Shown here in pieces: positions 35,923 to 44,791 of a DNA stretch of 51,208 nt (the stretch's first letter is position 1; each line of letters starts with the position of its first letter). The notes beneath the pieces are model-generated. The model did no database searches. It saw only the letters and a list, made by a program, of their open reading frames with translations, and was not told where the DNA came from. Source of the DNA: Candidatus Nealsonbacteria bacterium (lineage in GTDB: Bacteria; Patescibacteriota; Minisyncoccia; Minisyncoccales; PWPS01); assembly GCA_003551435.1 (NCBI GenBank), contig PUMQ01000006.1, positions 1 through 51,208 of the forward strand, given 5' to 3'. Both the position numbers and the translations under genes were made by a program.

Positions 35923-36732
35923 CTATTTGCTTTTCTCCAGTATCTTTTCCGTGTCAACAAAAAAAGATTTTTCAAGCTGCTTGTCAAAACCCTCTTTTTC
36001 TTTTTTATAAAAAATACCCAAAGGAATTCTTTCTCCGTTATTGTAGTCCCACTCTTGCGCTTTTTCTTTCGCCTCCGCAAGCGGAAGAAATTCCTTTTCC
36101 ATCTCATACGCTCTTTCGTTATAAATTTCCATTGTACTGTACCACGCCACGCAAGGTTGGAGTATTTCTATAAAAGAAAATCCGGGGTGCCTCATCCCCT
36201 CTAAGATTATTCTCTCCAAATGCTCGGGCTTGCCCGCAAAGCTTCTAGCAACAAAAGTAGCTCCAACAGAGAGCATCACCTCCAAAGGATTAAGCGCTTC
36301 TTCCTTTTTCCCTTTCGGAGTAGTGGTGCTGACAAACCCTTTGGGGCTTGTAAGAGTGGGCTGGTTTACCGTCAGAGCAAATACACGGTTGTCGTGCACA
36401 AGAACGGTAATGTCCGAGTTTCTTTTAGCGGCATGGAGAAGATGGGAAATTCCCTCGTTATAAGTATCCCCGTCACCCACACAACACACCACCTGCAGAT
36501 CGCCGTTTCCCATTTTAACTCCTTCGGCTACCGGAATAGCCCTTCCATGCAGGGCATAAACACTGTTTATGTTCAGATAATCGGCCATTTTCCCATGGCA
36601 TCCGATTCCGGTCACCAGGACAGTCCTGTTTTTATCCGTTTTGTTTATCGCTTCCCCGAGCGCCCTTTGTATGCCGAAATTTCCGCACCCGGGACACCAT
36701 GTGTTTTTTGTCGGTAAAATTAAGTTGTTCAT
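35923..36732 (-). CDS. 2-oxoacid:ferredoxin oxidoreductase beta subunit
   Basis: WCPGCG, GIGC, LHGRA, GDGD TPP motif, LQPC. Confidence 0.94.
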   Translation of the reverse strand: MNNLILPTKNTWCPGCGNFGIQRALGEAINKTDKNRTVLVTGIGCHGKMADYLNINSVYALHGRAIPVAEGVKMGNGDLQVVCCVGDGDTYNEGISHLLHAAKRNSDITVLVHDNRVFALTVNQPTLTSPKGFVSTTTPKGKKEEALNPLEVMLSVGATFVARSFAGKPEHLERIILEGMRHPGFSFIEILQPCVAWYSTMEIYNERAYEMEKEFLPLAEAKEKAQEWDYNNGERIPLGIFYKKEKEGFDKQLEKSFFVDTEKILEKSK

Positions 36733-36756
36733 ATTTTCAAACTTAAATTAATCTAT

Positions 36757-36791
36757 TGTCAAATGTCAACTGTCAATCGTCAAATGTTAGC
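36757..36791. repeat. Heptamer array (TGTCAAN) between OFOR subunits
   Basis: TGTCAAA TGTCAAC TGTCAAT CGTCAAA TGTTAGC; includes the alpha-subunit stop codon. Confidence 0.85.
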
Positions 36792-38423
36792 TTTTATTCT
36801 CTTTCTCAGTTCCTCCACACTAAAGGGTCTCCCATCATACTTTAATATCCTTTCTGACACTTTTATTCCGTATTCTTTTAAAACCCTTGAAAGCTGTCCT
36901 GTAGCGTTAGTTTCTGCCACGATAATCTTTTTCACTCCGGATAGCGCCTTTTTCATCTTTTTTTCAGGAAAAGGCTGAAGGATAATCGGTTGGACCAATC
37001 TAACATCCAAATCTTTTACCGCCCGCAAGGCGACTCCTTTGGTAGATCCCCAAAATACTACTGCCATGGGACCCTCTCCTTGAACATTGACCGATTCCAT
37101 GTCTTCCACCTCTTCTTTAAGTTTTTCATACTTGCGCATTCTTTTTTCCTGCATTTTTTTTACCGCTTCGGCATCCTCGGTGGCTACTCCCTTCTTGTCA
37201 TGCTCATAGCCGGTAGCTTTCACCACCGCTCCTCCTCCGGGAAAAGCAAGGGGAGAGATATCTTCTCTGTCGTATCGGTTATAACCTCCGTTCATCTCTC
37301 CTTGGATGGCCTCTTCTTTTTCTTTCCTAAAGCTTTTGTCAAAGCTGTAGGTGTTTTCCGACAACTCTTTGTCAAGAAGTACAATAGCCGGCAATTGGTA
37401 TTTCCAAGCCATATTCAAGGCTTTTCCGGAAAAGTAATAAGTTTCGTTTACATCTCCCGGGGCAACAACAAAACGCGTCATATCTCCGTGTCCCGCATTT
37501 AAAGCAAAAAGAAGATCTCCCTGTCCCTGGTAGGTGGGAACTCCGGTTGCCGGACCGGCTCTTTGGCTTAGAGAAATAACAAGAGGAATTTCCGACTGAG
37601 CAGAAAAGCTGACTCCTTCGGTCATTAAAGCAAATCCTCCCCCGGAGGTTCCTACCATTGTTCTTTTTCCGGCATAAGCCGACCCAAGCGCCATATTGAC
37701 TGTTGCTATCTCGTTTTCCGGCTGAAAGGTTCTCACCCCCTCAATTTGGGAAAGAAACTGCAGAATTCCGGTAGAGGGAGTCATTGGATAAGCAAAGTAG
37801 TTTTCCAGCCCTGCATTTATCGCCCCCAAAGCCGCCGCCTGGTTTCCCGAAAGAAGAGGAGCCGGTTCTTCCCCTGTTTCTTTTATCTCCTTGATTCTCC
37901 TAAAGCTTCTAAAGGCGATCTCGGCCACTTTCAAGTTTTTTTCCGTTGCTATGGGAAGCTCTTTTTCCAGCACCTCTCTTACCTTTTTCCACTCCATGCC
38001 TACCGCTCTTGAAAAGGCGGCAACAAGACCCGTGTTTTTCATAATGGGAATTCCTTCGGCCTTTTCTACAATCTTGCCCAAGGGTATTCCCGCTATTTCC
38101 ACCTTTTCTTCTTCCGAAAAGTTGTTTTTTATCACATCCGAATCGTACATTAAAACGCCTCCTTTTTTTAATTTTTCTTTGTGCTTTGAAATTGCTTCCT
38201 TGTTTAAGGCCAAAAGAAAGTCAATTTTTTCCTTTATAGCGTCACTTTCTTTTTTTGAAACGGAGATTTGGGAAAAGTTGTGCCCTCCTTTAATCACCGA
38301 CTCGTAATCTTCGTGGATAAAAACTCTAAACCCGTAAGCGTTAAAAAGCTTGGCGATTAAAAGACCCGCCTTCTTAGATCCTTCTCCGGCGGCGCCGGCT
38401 ATTATTATTTGGGTTTCGCTCAT
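36780..38423 (-). CDS. 2-oxoacid:ferredoxin oxidoreductase alpha subunit (gamma-alpha fusion)
   Basis: GAAGEG, IKGGHN, AYPMTPS, ENEI, TSGGGFALM, QRAGPATG. Confidence 0.94.
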   Translation of the reverse strand: MSETQIIIAGAAGEGSKKAGLLIAKLFNAYGFRVFIHEDYESVIKGGHNFSQISVSKKESDAIKEKIDFLLALNKEAISKHKEKLKKGGVLMYDSDVIKNNFSEEEKVEIAGIPLGKIVEKAEGIPIMKNTGLVAAFSRAVGMEWKKVREVLEKELPIATEKNLKVAEIAFRSFRRIKEIKETGEEPAPLLSGNQAAALGAINAGLENYFAYPMTPSTGILQFLSQIEGVRTFQPENEIATVNMALGSAYAGKRTMVGTSGGGFALMTEGVSFSAQSEIPLVISLSQRAGPATGVPTYQGQGDLLFALNAGHGDMTRFVVAPGDVNETYYFSGKALNMAWKYQLPAIVLLDKELSENTYSFDKSFRKEKEEAIQGEMNGGYNRYDREDISPLAFPGGGAVVKATGYEHDKKGVATEDAEAVKKMQEKRMRKYEKLKEEVEDMESVNVQGEGPMAVVFWGSTKGVALRAVKDLDVRLVQPIILQPFPEKKMKKALSGVKKIIVAETNATGQLSRVLKEYGIKVSERILKYDGRPFSVEELRKRIKANI

Positions 38424-38427
38424 ATTT

Positions 38428-40842
38428 TTATACGACAAAATTAATTAGCTTGTCTTTTAAAAAGATTATCTTTTTAATTTTTTCCTCTTTGGTCCACTTT
38501 TTCACCTTTTTACTTTGGAGAGCTTTCTTTTTTACATCCTTTTCGTCTGCCCCGGCAGGCATTTTCAACGTATCTCTCGCTTTTCCGTTTATCTGTACAA
38601 CCACCGTCACCTCTTCTTCTTTGGCCAGCTCTTTATCAAACTTCGGCCAGGGTTGTTTGAGAACTGATGGCTCGCCTCCTATTTTCTCCCAAAGCTCTTC
38701 TGCAAAATGAGGAGCGAAAGGAGCCAGAAGTTTTATAAAATCGGAAAAAATTCCCTTCGGAACTTCTTCTAGTTTTTTCATTTCGTTGTTTAAAATCATC
38801 AGGCTGCTTATAGCCGTGTTAAACTTGAAGCTTTCCAGATCCTCTGTAACTTTTTTAATCGTTTTGTGAAGAAGGGTTTTTATTTCCCGGGAGGGTTCTT
38901 GTTTCCCCGTTTTCTTTGCCGTTTCCCCCACCTTTTCCAAAAATCTTTTCATCCCGTTTACCCCGTCTTCGCTCCAAGAAACCCTGTCTTCAAAACCTCC
39001 CAAAAACATCTCATAAAGGCGAAGCACGTCCGCACCGTCTCTTTTTATTACCTCATCAGGGGAGATAACGTTTCCCTTGGATTTGGACATCTTTATTCCC
39101 CCTTCGCCCATGATAAGCCCCTGGTTTTTAAGTTCTAAAAAAGGTTCTTTTGTAAAAACAACTCCTATGTCATATAAAAATTTATGCCAAAAACGGGCAT
39201 AAAGCAAGTGCAACACAGCGTGTTCCGCTCCTCCTACATACAGATCAACCGGAAGCCATTTCTTAAAACTTTCTTTGTAAAGAGAGGCCGGAAAATTTAG
39301 ACTCTTTGAGTCTCCCTTCATAATAAAAGCAAGGTAGTACCAGCAAGAACCGGCCCACTGGGGCATAGTGTTTGTTTCCCTCTTTCCTTTTCCTTTACAC
39401 TTCGGGCATTCCGTATTAACAAAGCTCTCTATTCCGGCAAGAGGAGACTCTCCCGTACCGGTGGGTTCGTACCGCTCAGTTTCGGGAAGATCCAAGGGAA
39501 GATCTTTTTCTTCAAGAGGAACAATTCCGCACTCCTTGCAGTGAACAAGAGGTATCGGTTCTCCCCAGTATCTTTGCCTTGAAAAAACCCAGTCTCCGAG
39601 CTTGTAGTTGACCGCTCTCTTTCCTTTTTTTTCTTTCTCCAACTCCTCTAAAACCTTCTCTCTTCCTTCCTCCGAGCTCATTCCGGAAAACTTTCCTGAA
39701 TTCACCATCTTTCCTTCTCCGGTAAACGGAATTTCTCCTCCTTCTATAACTTTCCTTACTTCAAGCCCGTGTTTTTCTGCCATTTCGTAGTCTCTTTCAT
39801 CATGGGCGGGAACAGACATAATGCTTCCTTTCCCGTAAAATCCGAGTACGTAATCGGCCACCCACACAGGTATCTCTTCCTTGTTTGCAGGATTTACCGC
39901 CTTTATTCCTTTTATTTCCACCCCCGTTTTCTCTTTCGCCAAATCCGTTCTTTCCAGTTCCGATTTTTTTCTCGCCTCTTTAATATATTTTTCTATCTCC
40001 TTTTTATTTTCCACCTCAACTTCTCCTTCCATTATCTTTTTAACCAAAAAGTGCTCCGGGGCAAGAACCAAAAAGGTGGCACCAAAAAGGGTGTCTGTCC
40101 TTGTAGTAAATACTTCCACCGTAAATGGGGTACGGGAAACCGAGAATCTGATTACCGCCCCTTCCGACCTCCCTATCCAGTTTCTTTGCATCTCCTTTAT
40201 CGGCTCGGGCCAGTTGAGCTCTTCTAAATCCTCAAGCAGCCTGTCCGCATAAGCGGTTATCTTTAAAACCCACTGCCTTATGTCCTTTTTCTCCACCTTA
40301 GCGCTGCACCTGTCACAAAGCCCGTTTACCACTTCTTCGTTAGCAAGCCCCGTTTTGCAAGAAGGACACCAGTTAATAGGCCTTGTGTCTTCATAGGCCA
40401 ACCCTTTTTTAAAAAGTTGAAGAAATATCCACTGAGTCCATTTGTAATACTCCTTGTCGGTAGTGTTTATCTCTCTCTCCCAGTCGTAAGAAAAACCTAT
40501 TGATTTTAGCTGTTTCTTGAAATGCTTTATGTTCTCTTCTACCGTATTTTTCGGATGGATTCCCGTTTTTATGGCATAGTTCTCCGCCGGCAAACCGAAA
40601 GCATCCCAGCCCATGGGATGCAACACGTTATAGCCCTTCATTCTTTTAAAATGGGAAAACGTGTCAGTAGCTACATAACCTCTGGGATGGCCTACGTGCA
40701 AACCCTCCCCCGAAGGATAAGGAAACATGTCAAGGCAGTAGAATTTGGGCTTCTTTGAGTCTTTCTCCGTTTTAAACACTTTTTCTTTTTCCCAATAGTC
40801 CTGCCACTTTTTTTCAATTTTACTTGGACTGTATCTTTCCAT
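38428..40842 (-). CDS. leuS: Leucine-tRNA ligase
   Basis: MFPYPSG..LHVGH, GWDAFGLPAEN, SRQRYWG, KMSKS. Confidence 0.99.
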   Translation of the reverse strand: MERYSPSKIEKKWQDYWEKEKVFKTEKDSKKPKFYCLDMFPYPSGEGLHVGHPRGYVATDTFSHFKRMKGYNVLHPMGWDAFGLPAENYAIKTGIHPKNTVEENIKHFKKQLKSIGFSYDWEREINTTDKEYYKWTQWIFLQLFKKGLAYEDTRPINWCPSCKTGLANEEVVNGLCDRCSAKVEKKDIRQWVLKITAYADRLLEDLEELNWPEPIKEMQRNWIGRSEGAVIRFSVSRTPFTVEVFTTRTDTLFGATFLVLAPEHFLVKKIMEGEVEVENKKEIEKYIKEARKKSELERTDLAKEKTGVEIKGIKAVNPANKEEIPVWVADYVLGFYGKGSIMSVPAHDERDYEMAEKHGLEVRKVIEGGEIPFTGEGKMVNSGKFSGMSSEEGREKVLEELEKEKKGKRAVNYKLGDWVFSRQRYWGEPIPLVHCKECGIVPLEEKDLPLDLPETERYEPTGTGESPLAGIESFVNTECPKCKGKGKRETNTMPQWAGSCWYYLAFIMKGDSKSLNFPASLYKESFKKWLPVDLYVGGAEHAVLHLLYARFWHKFLYDIGVVFTKEPFLELKNQGLIMGEGGIKMSKSKGNVISPDEVIKRDGADVLRLYEMFLGGFEDRVSWSEDGVNGMKRFLEKVGETAKKTGKQEPSREIKTLLHKTIKKVTEDLESFKFNTAISSLMILNNEMKKLEEVPKGIFSDFIKLLAPFAPHFAEELWEKIGGEPSVLKQPWPKFDKELAKEEEVTVVVQINGKARDTLKMPAGADEKDVKKKALQSKKVKKWTKEEKIKKIIFLKDKLINFVV

Positions 40843-40849
40843 AAGGGTC

Positions 40850-40878
40850 ATTTTACAAAGAAAACCCTTTTATTGCAA
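40850..40878 (-). promoter_or_regulatory. leuS promoter, predicting a leaderless mRNA
   Basis: TTGCAA-N17-TAAAAT, then 7 nt to the ATG at 40842. Confidence 0.65.
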
Positions 40879-40911
40879 ATTTCTTCGAGAGAACCCTCAA
40901 GCATTTTTTGG

Positions 40912-41655
40912 CTAAAGTTTAAATAGATTTACTGCGTTTCGCGTCGTAACTTTTGCCACCTCTTTTACGCTTATTCTTTTTATCCTTGCTATCTCTTTGG
41001 CAATATATTTTACAAATAAAGGTTCGTTGCGCTCTGTTTTTGCTTCGGGCGGAGTTAAAAACGGACAATCAGTTTCAAGGAGTATTCTTTCTAACGGTGT
41101 TTCTCTTATCTCTTTTTCTAAATTCATTTTGAAAATAATTCCGTTAAACCCGATATAAAAGCCCATTTCTAAATACTCTTTCAGTTCCTTTTCTCCTCCC
41201 GTAAAGCAATGAATCACTCCTTTCGACGTAGAATTTGAAATTAATTCTATGAGTTCTTCGTGTGCCTTTCGGCAGTGCAAAATAAGCGGTAAACCGCTCT
41301 TTTCTGCCAGTTGTATGTGTTTTAAAAAAACCTGTCTTTGTTTTTCCATGTTTTTCCCTTGGAGGTCCAGCCCTGTTTCTCCGATAGCAACAACAACAGA
41401 GCTTCTTGCCAAATTTTCGTATTCAGGCAACAGGTTTTCAAAATCCTCTTTTTCCACGTAAAGCGGGTGCAAGCCAATAGAAGAGTAAACTCCCTTCTTA
41501 TGTTTCTTAGAGATTTCTGCCACTTTTTTGCTCTCGTTAATATCCGTTCCTACATTGATCATAAAAACTCCTTCCTCTAAAGAGTTTCTTATGACTTTTT
41601 CTCTGTCCTTGTCGTAGTCTTTAAAGTTTAGATGCGCGTGCGTATCAAAAAGCAT
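40912..41655 (-). CDS. tatD: TatD family DNase
   Basis: DTHAHL, GLHP, AIGETGLD, HCR, HCF, LLETDCP. Confidence 0.96.
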   Translation of the reverse strand: MLFDTHAHLNFKDYDKDREKVIRNSLEEGVFMINVGTDINESKKVAEISKKHKKGVYSSIGLHPLYVEKEDFENLLPEYENLARSSVVVAIGETGLDLQGKNMEKQRQVFLKHIQLAEKSGLPLILHCRKAHEELIELISNSTSKGVIHCFTGGEKELKEYLEMGFYIGFNGIIFKMNLEKEIRETPLERILLETDCPFLTPPEAKTERNEPLFVKYIAKEIARIKRISVKEVAKVTTRNAVNLFKL

Positions 41656-41687
41656 AGGGTCGTTATTGTTTAGGGCGCCCTTTTGTG

Positions 41688-43595
41688 TTACATCCGGCTT
41701 TGCACCTCTTCCCACCTTTCTTCTATGTCCTTTTTTAGCTCTTCATTTTCCATTTTACACGCCAAACCGGCCGCCGCTCTGTAAGAATGCTCAAGGCGCG
41801 GCTCTAAATTTATAAATTCCTCAATAATTTCAATTGCTTTTTCAAAATTGCCTCTTCCAACTTCCACTTCCGCCAAAAAGTACAAGGGCCGGGGATTCCT
41901 GGGACTTATAGCGCTTGCCTTTAGCAGAGCTTTTTCCGCCTCCTCAATGTTTCCTTGCGCGGCAAAGTAGCGCGCTTTCTCCATCACTATTAAAAAGTCA
42001 TTGGAAGGGCTTTCTTCTCTCAACTCTTCGGCAAAAAAATCAATCACTTCTTTTCTTTCTTCTTTGCTAACCCAAAATGCACGTTCAAGATAATAGCGCG
42101 CGCTTCTTGATAAAACATACCTCGCATTGCCTCTGTCAAAATCAGAGAGGTTTATAACAGCCCTGCTAACTTTAATTCTCATTTCCGGGTCTTCCTCCAC
42201 AAGTGCCCACGTTAAAAAATAATTCGCCCTTATCGGCTTGTAAAATCCGTTGCAGATAAGAAATCCGCTCAAAACCGCGACTACTGCCATTATCAAGGGC
42301 AGCTTAAGTCTTCCGCATATTTGCGGTTTTATTTCTTTACTATGAGAATAAAAATTGACAAACCCGAAAAATAAAAAGAGCATAATCATGCTACTATAAG
42401 TGTCATACACCGTGAGTTGCTGGGCAAAGTAGGCAGTAATCATGGCCGTAAAAACCGCCGGAGCGTAAAATCCAACCCTTTTCTTTCTATAACTTCTCCA
42501 GAGCAAAACCAAGCTCCCCATGATAAGAGACAAGTGGGCCAGAAGCCCCATAATTCCGGTAGAGGCAAGTTTTTCGTATATTACGTTGTGCGGATCTCTG
42601 CTCCAAATTCCCGGCCTGTCAGAGCCACTGCTTACCAAAAGCTCCGCATCGTAGTGCCTGAAAAATACATGCTGAAAGCTGTTAAGCCCCCACCCTAAAA
42701 TAGGTCTTTCTCTAAATCCTTTCACGGACTGCTCCCAGAAAATATAGCGCATACCGCTGCTTGCTTCGTGAAATCCGGTCCGCAGACTGCTTTCCGCTCT
42801 TCCCAAAGGCCCTTCAAAGAGTCCTCCTCTTACCGGGTGAAATACCAAAAACGAGGCAAAAACAACCAAAGAAACACTGATCCCTAAAACAGCTTTTCCT
42901 ATCTTGCGGATGTTTTCTTTTTCCGCTTTAAAAGCAAGCCACAGCAAAAAAAAGAGAGCCAGTCCTCCTAAAGATCCCGCCAAAGCGGCCATGGAATTAA
43001 AAAAGTACATTAAGGCAATCATCGGCACCGCCCCTCCAAGATAAATCCACTCCTTTTTTTTAAAGGCCAAATAAACGGCAAGAAATACGGTGAAAATAAG
43101 GTAGGTTCCCATAAAAGAAGTGTTTCCCATAAGAGACCCTCTTCTGGGAAATTCCAAGACTTCAAAAATCTGCAGATACCCTACAAGGGTGACAATAAGC
43201 CCTACTCCTACACAAAAAGAAAAGAGCTTTTCCCACTCTCTTTGATTTTGAATTACGCAAGACAAGACAAGAAAAAACCCGATAAGACACAAATAAAGAA
43301 GCAGACCGTTCATATCTCTCGCCCCGCCCCAAAAAGAATCCGCCATATCAAAGCTAAAGACGGTAGACAAAGCCAAAACTCCGGCATATATTCCGGCTAT
43401 AATAACCATGGGCCCGTACCTAAAAGTTCCGCCTTTAAATAAAAAATAAGCAAACAAAAAGAAGATAATTCCTGCCAAAAGGAAAAATATTGCCGCCTTA
43501 GAGCCAGCCTCCGTATACCCTACAATCCCGGGCAAATAAAAAAGCGGAATGAGAAAAACCACATAGATCAATTTTCGGAGTATATTACGAACCAT
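41688..43595 (-). CDS. O-antigen ligase-like (Wzy_C) polytopic protein with C-terminal TPRs; probable pilin oligosaccharyltransferase
   Basis: Multiple TMs, GSLMGN, RPILGWG, DPHN..E..ASTGIMG, TPR-like helices at the C-terminus. Confidence 0.82.
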   Translation of the reverse strand: MVRNILRKLIYVVFLIPLFYLPGIVGYTEAGSKAAIFFLLAGIIFFLFAYFLFKGGTFRYGPMVIIAGIYAGVLALSTVFSFDMADSFWGGARDMNGLLLYLCLIGFFLVLSCVIQNQREWEKLFSFCVGVGLIVTLVGYLQIFEVLEFPRRGSLMGNTSFMGTYLIFTVFLAVYLAFKKKEWIYLGGAVPMIALMYFFNSMAALAGSLGGLALFFLLWLAFKAEKENIRKIGKAVLGISVSLVVFASFLVFHPVRGGLFEGPLGRAESSLRTGFHEASSGMRYIFWEQSVKGFRERPILGWGLNSFQHVFFRHYDAELLVSSGSDRPGIWSRDPHNVIYEKLASTGIMGLLAHLSLIMGSLVLLWRSYRKKRVGFYAPAVFTAMITAYFAQQLTVYDTYSSMIMLFLFFGFVNFYSHSKEIKPQICGRLKLPLIMAVVAVLSGFLICNGFYKPIRANYFLTWALVEEDPEMRIKVSRAVINLSDFDRGNARYVLSRSARYYLERAFWVSKEERKEVIDFFAEELREESPSNDFLIVMEKARYFAAQGNIEEAEKALLKASAISPRNPRPLYFLAEVEVGRGNFEKAIEIIEEFINLEPRLEHSYRAAAGLACKMENEELKKDIEERWEEVQSRM

Positions 43596-43640
43596 TATAT
43601 ATTTGTTTTATACACTCTCCTGCTTTTCGCTTTATTTTAC

Positions 43641-43677
43641 AAAAAACCGGGAAAAGACACAATCTTTCCCCGATTTT
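43641..43677 (-). terminator. Terminator after the major pilin
   Basis: AAAAUCGGGGAAAGA-uugug-UCUUUUCCCGGUUUUUU. Confidence 0.75.
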
Positions 43678-43746
43678 GTTTTGCTTTTAAAATTAAACTC
43701 CCGACACCAATTGCGTCAAAAAATTACCCAACAGGTCTGCAAAATT

Positions 43747-44127
43747 CTAAAAAGTAATTACCAGGCAACCATCTTCACCTAAATCCTCCGCTCCGGCATA
43801 GTTAACACAAGGAGTTGTCTCTGTAACCACCACGCGTCCCCCCGGCTCGGTAAAAGTAAATGTGTAACCTCCTCCGAGCGGATGATTCGGTTCACTAATA
43901 GCAAGGTCATCAAAATCCTCCGGATTTTCCGCATGATCCACTACATAACTGTAAGCGGAAGTCGAGATTGCACTCATTTGAGATCTTATGGTCGCATCTC
44001 TTGCTCTGTCGAGCTGTTCTCCCGGAGCAATGGCCACAATAATAGCGGCAGCGAGAATAGCGACAATGGCAATAACTATAAGAAGCTCAATGAGCGTAAA
44101 ACCCCCTTCTTTATTTTTCACGTGCAT
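43747..44127 (-). CDS. Type IV pilin (probable major pilin)
   Basis: Class III signal G|FTLIELLIV; C-terminal Cys pair; own promoter and terminator. Confidence 0.92.
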   Translation of the reverse strand: MHVKNKEGGFTLIELLIVIAIVAILAAAIIVAIAPGEQLDRARDATIRSQMSAISTSAYSYVVDHAENPEDFDDLAISEPNHPLGGGYTFTFTEPGGRVVVTETTPCVNYAGAEDLGEDGCLVITF

Positions 44128-44190
44128 AATACTTTGCAAATTTTTTAATACGTTTAACTAATAAACATTATAATCGACCTGTATTTCCTC

Positions 44191-44219
44191 ATTCTATTTA
44201 ACTTTTTAATTTTAGTCAA
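44191..44219 (-). promoter_or_regulatory. Pilin promoter
   Basis: TTGACT-N17-TAGAAT. Confidence 0.75.
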
Positions 44220-44246
44220 GAGAATGGGCCATTATTTTTCCTTTAA

Positions 44247-44747
44247 CTAATAAAGCCTTCCTTCCGGATACCACTCGCTTTCTTCTGCCGGCGGCCTTAT
44301 TCTTAATCTGGTAACCCCGCCCGATTCTTCCGGCTTAAGCTGATAAAAAGTCCTAAGATGAGGGTCCGCCGGAGGACTTTCTCCCAAACCAACCGCCACA
44401 GAGCAGTCCGAGTTAAACTCATACCAGTCTCCGGTTGCTATAACCGTGCACCCGGTACAATCTCCTTCGGTAAAAAAATCTTCTATGGAAGCGCATTTAT
44501 CATCTTCGGCCACCGTCATATGAAAAGCGGTTCCTACAGACACCATGTGGGAAGCTCTTGTTGATTCTCTTGCAAGAAGTAGTCTCTCCCCCGGGGTGAT
44601 AATAACTATTACCGCCGCCGCCAAAATAGAAATGATACCGATAACTATCAAAAGCTCAATTAACGTAAAGCCCTTCCTGGTAATTTCTTTATCAAAATCA
44701 GCAAGCTTTTCCTTGTCTTTTTTATTATTTTTTCCCGCTATTCTCAT
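44247..44747 (-). CDS. Type IV pilin (long leader, four Cys)
   Basis: RKG|FTLIELLIV; N-terminal helix paralogous to the neighbouring pilin (PGE..ARES/DAT). Confidence 0.9.
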   Translation of the reverse strand: MRIAGKNNKKDKEKLADFDKEITRKGFTLIELLIVIGIISILAAAVIVIITPGERLLLARESTRASHMVSVGTAFHMTVAEDDKCASIEDFFTEGDCTGCTVIATGDWYEFNSDCSVAVGLGESPPADPHLRTFYQLKPEESGGVTRLRIRPPAEESEWYPEGRLY

Positions 44748-44791
44748 AGTTTTCCAACCCGTCTTCCTCCCATTCTAGCGGATTGCCCCTT

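Noticed and set aside
40120-40155. Possible heptamer-derived loop in LeuS (FSVSRTPFT)
   Set aside because: Periodicity too weak to support by eye.
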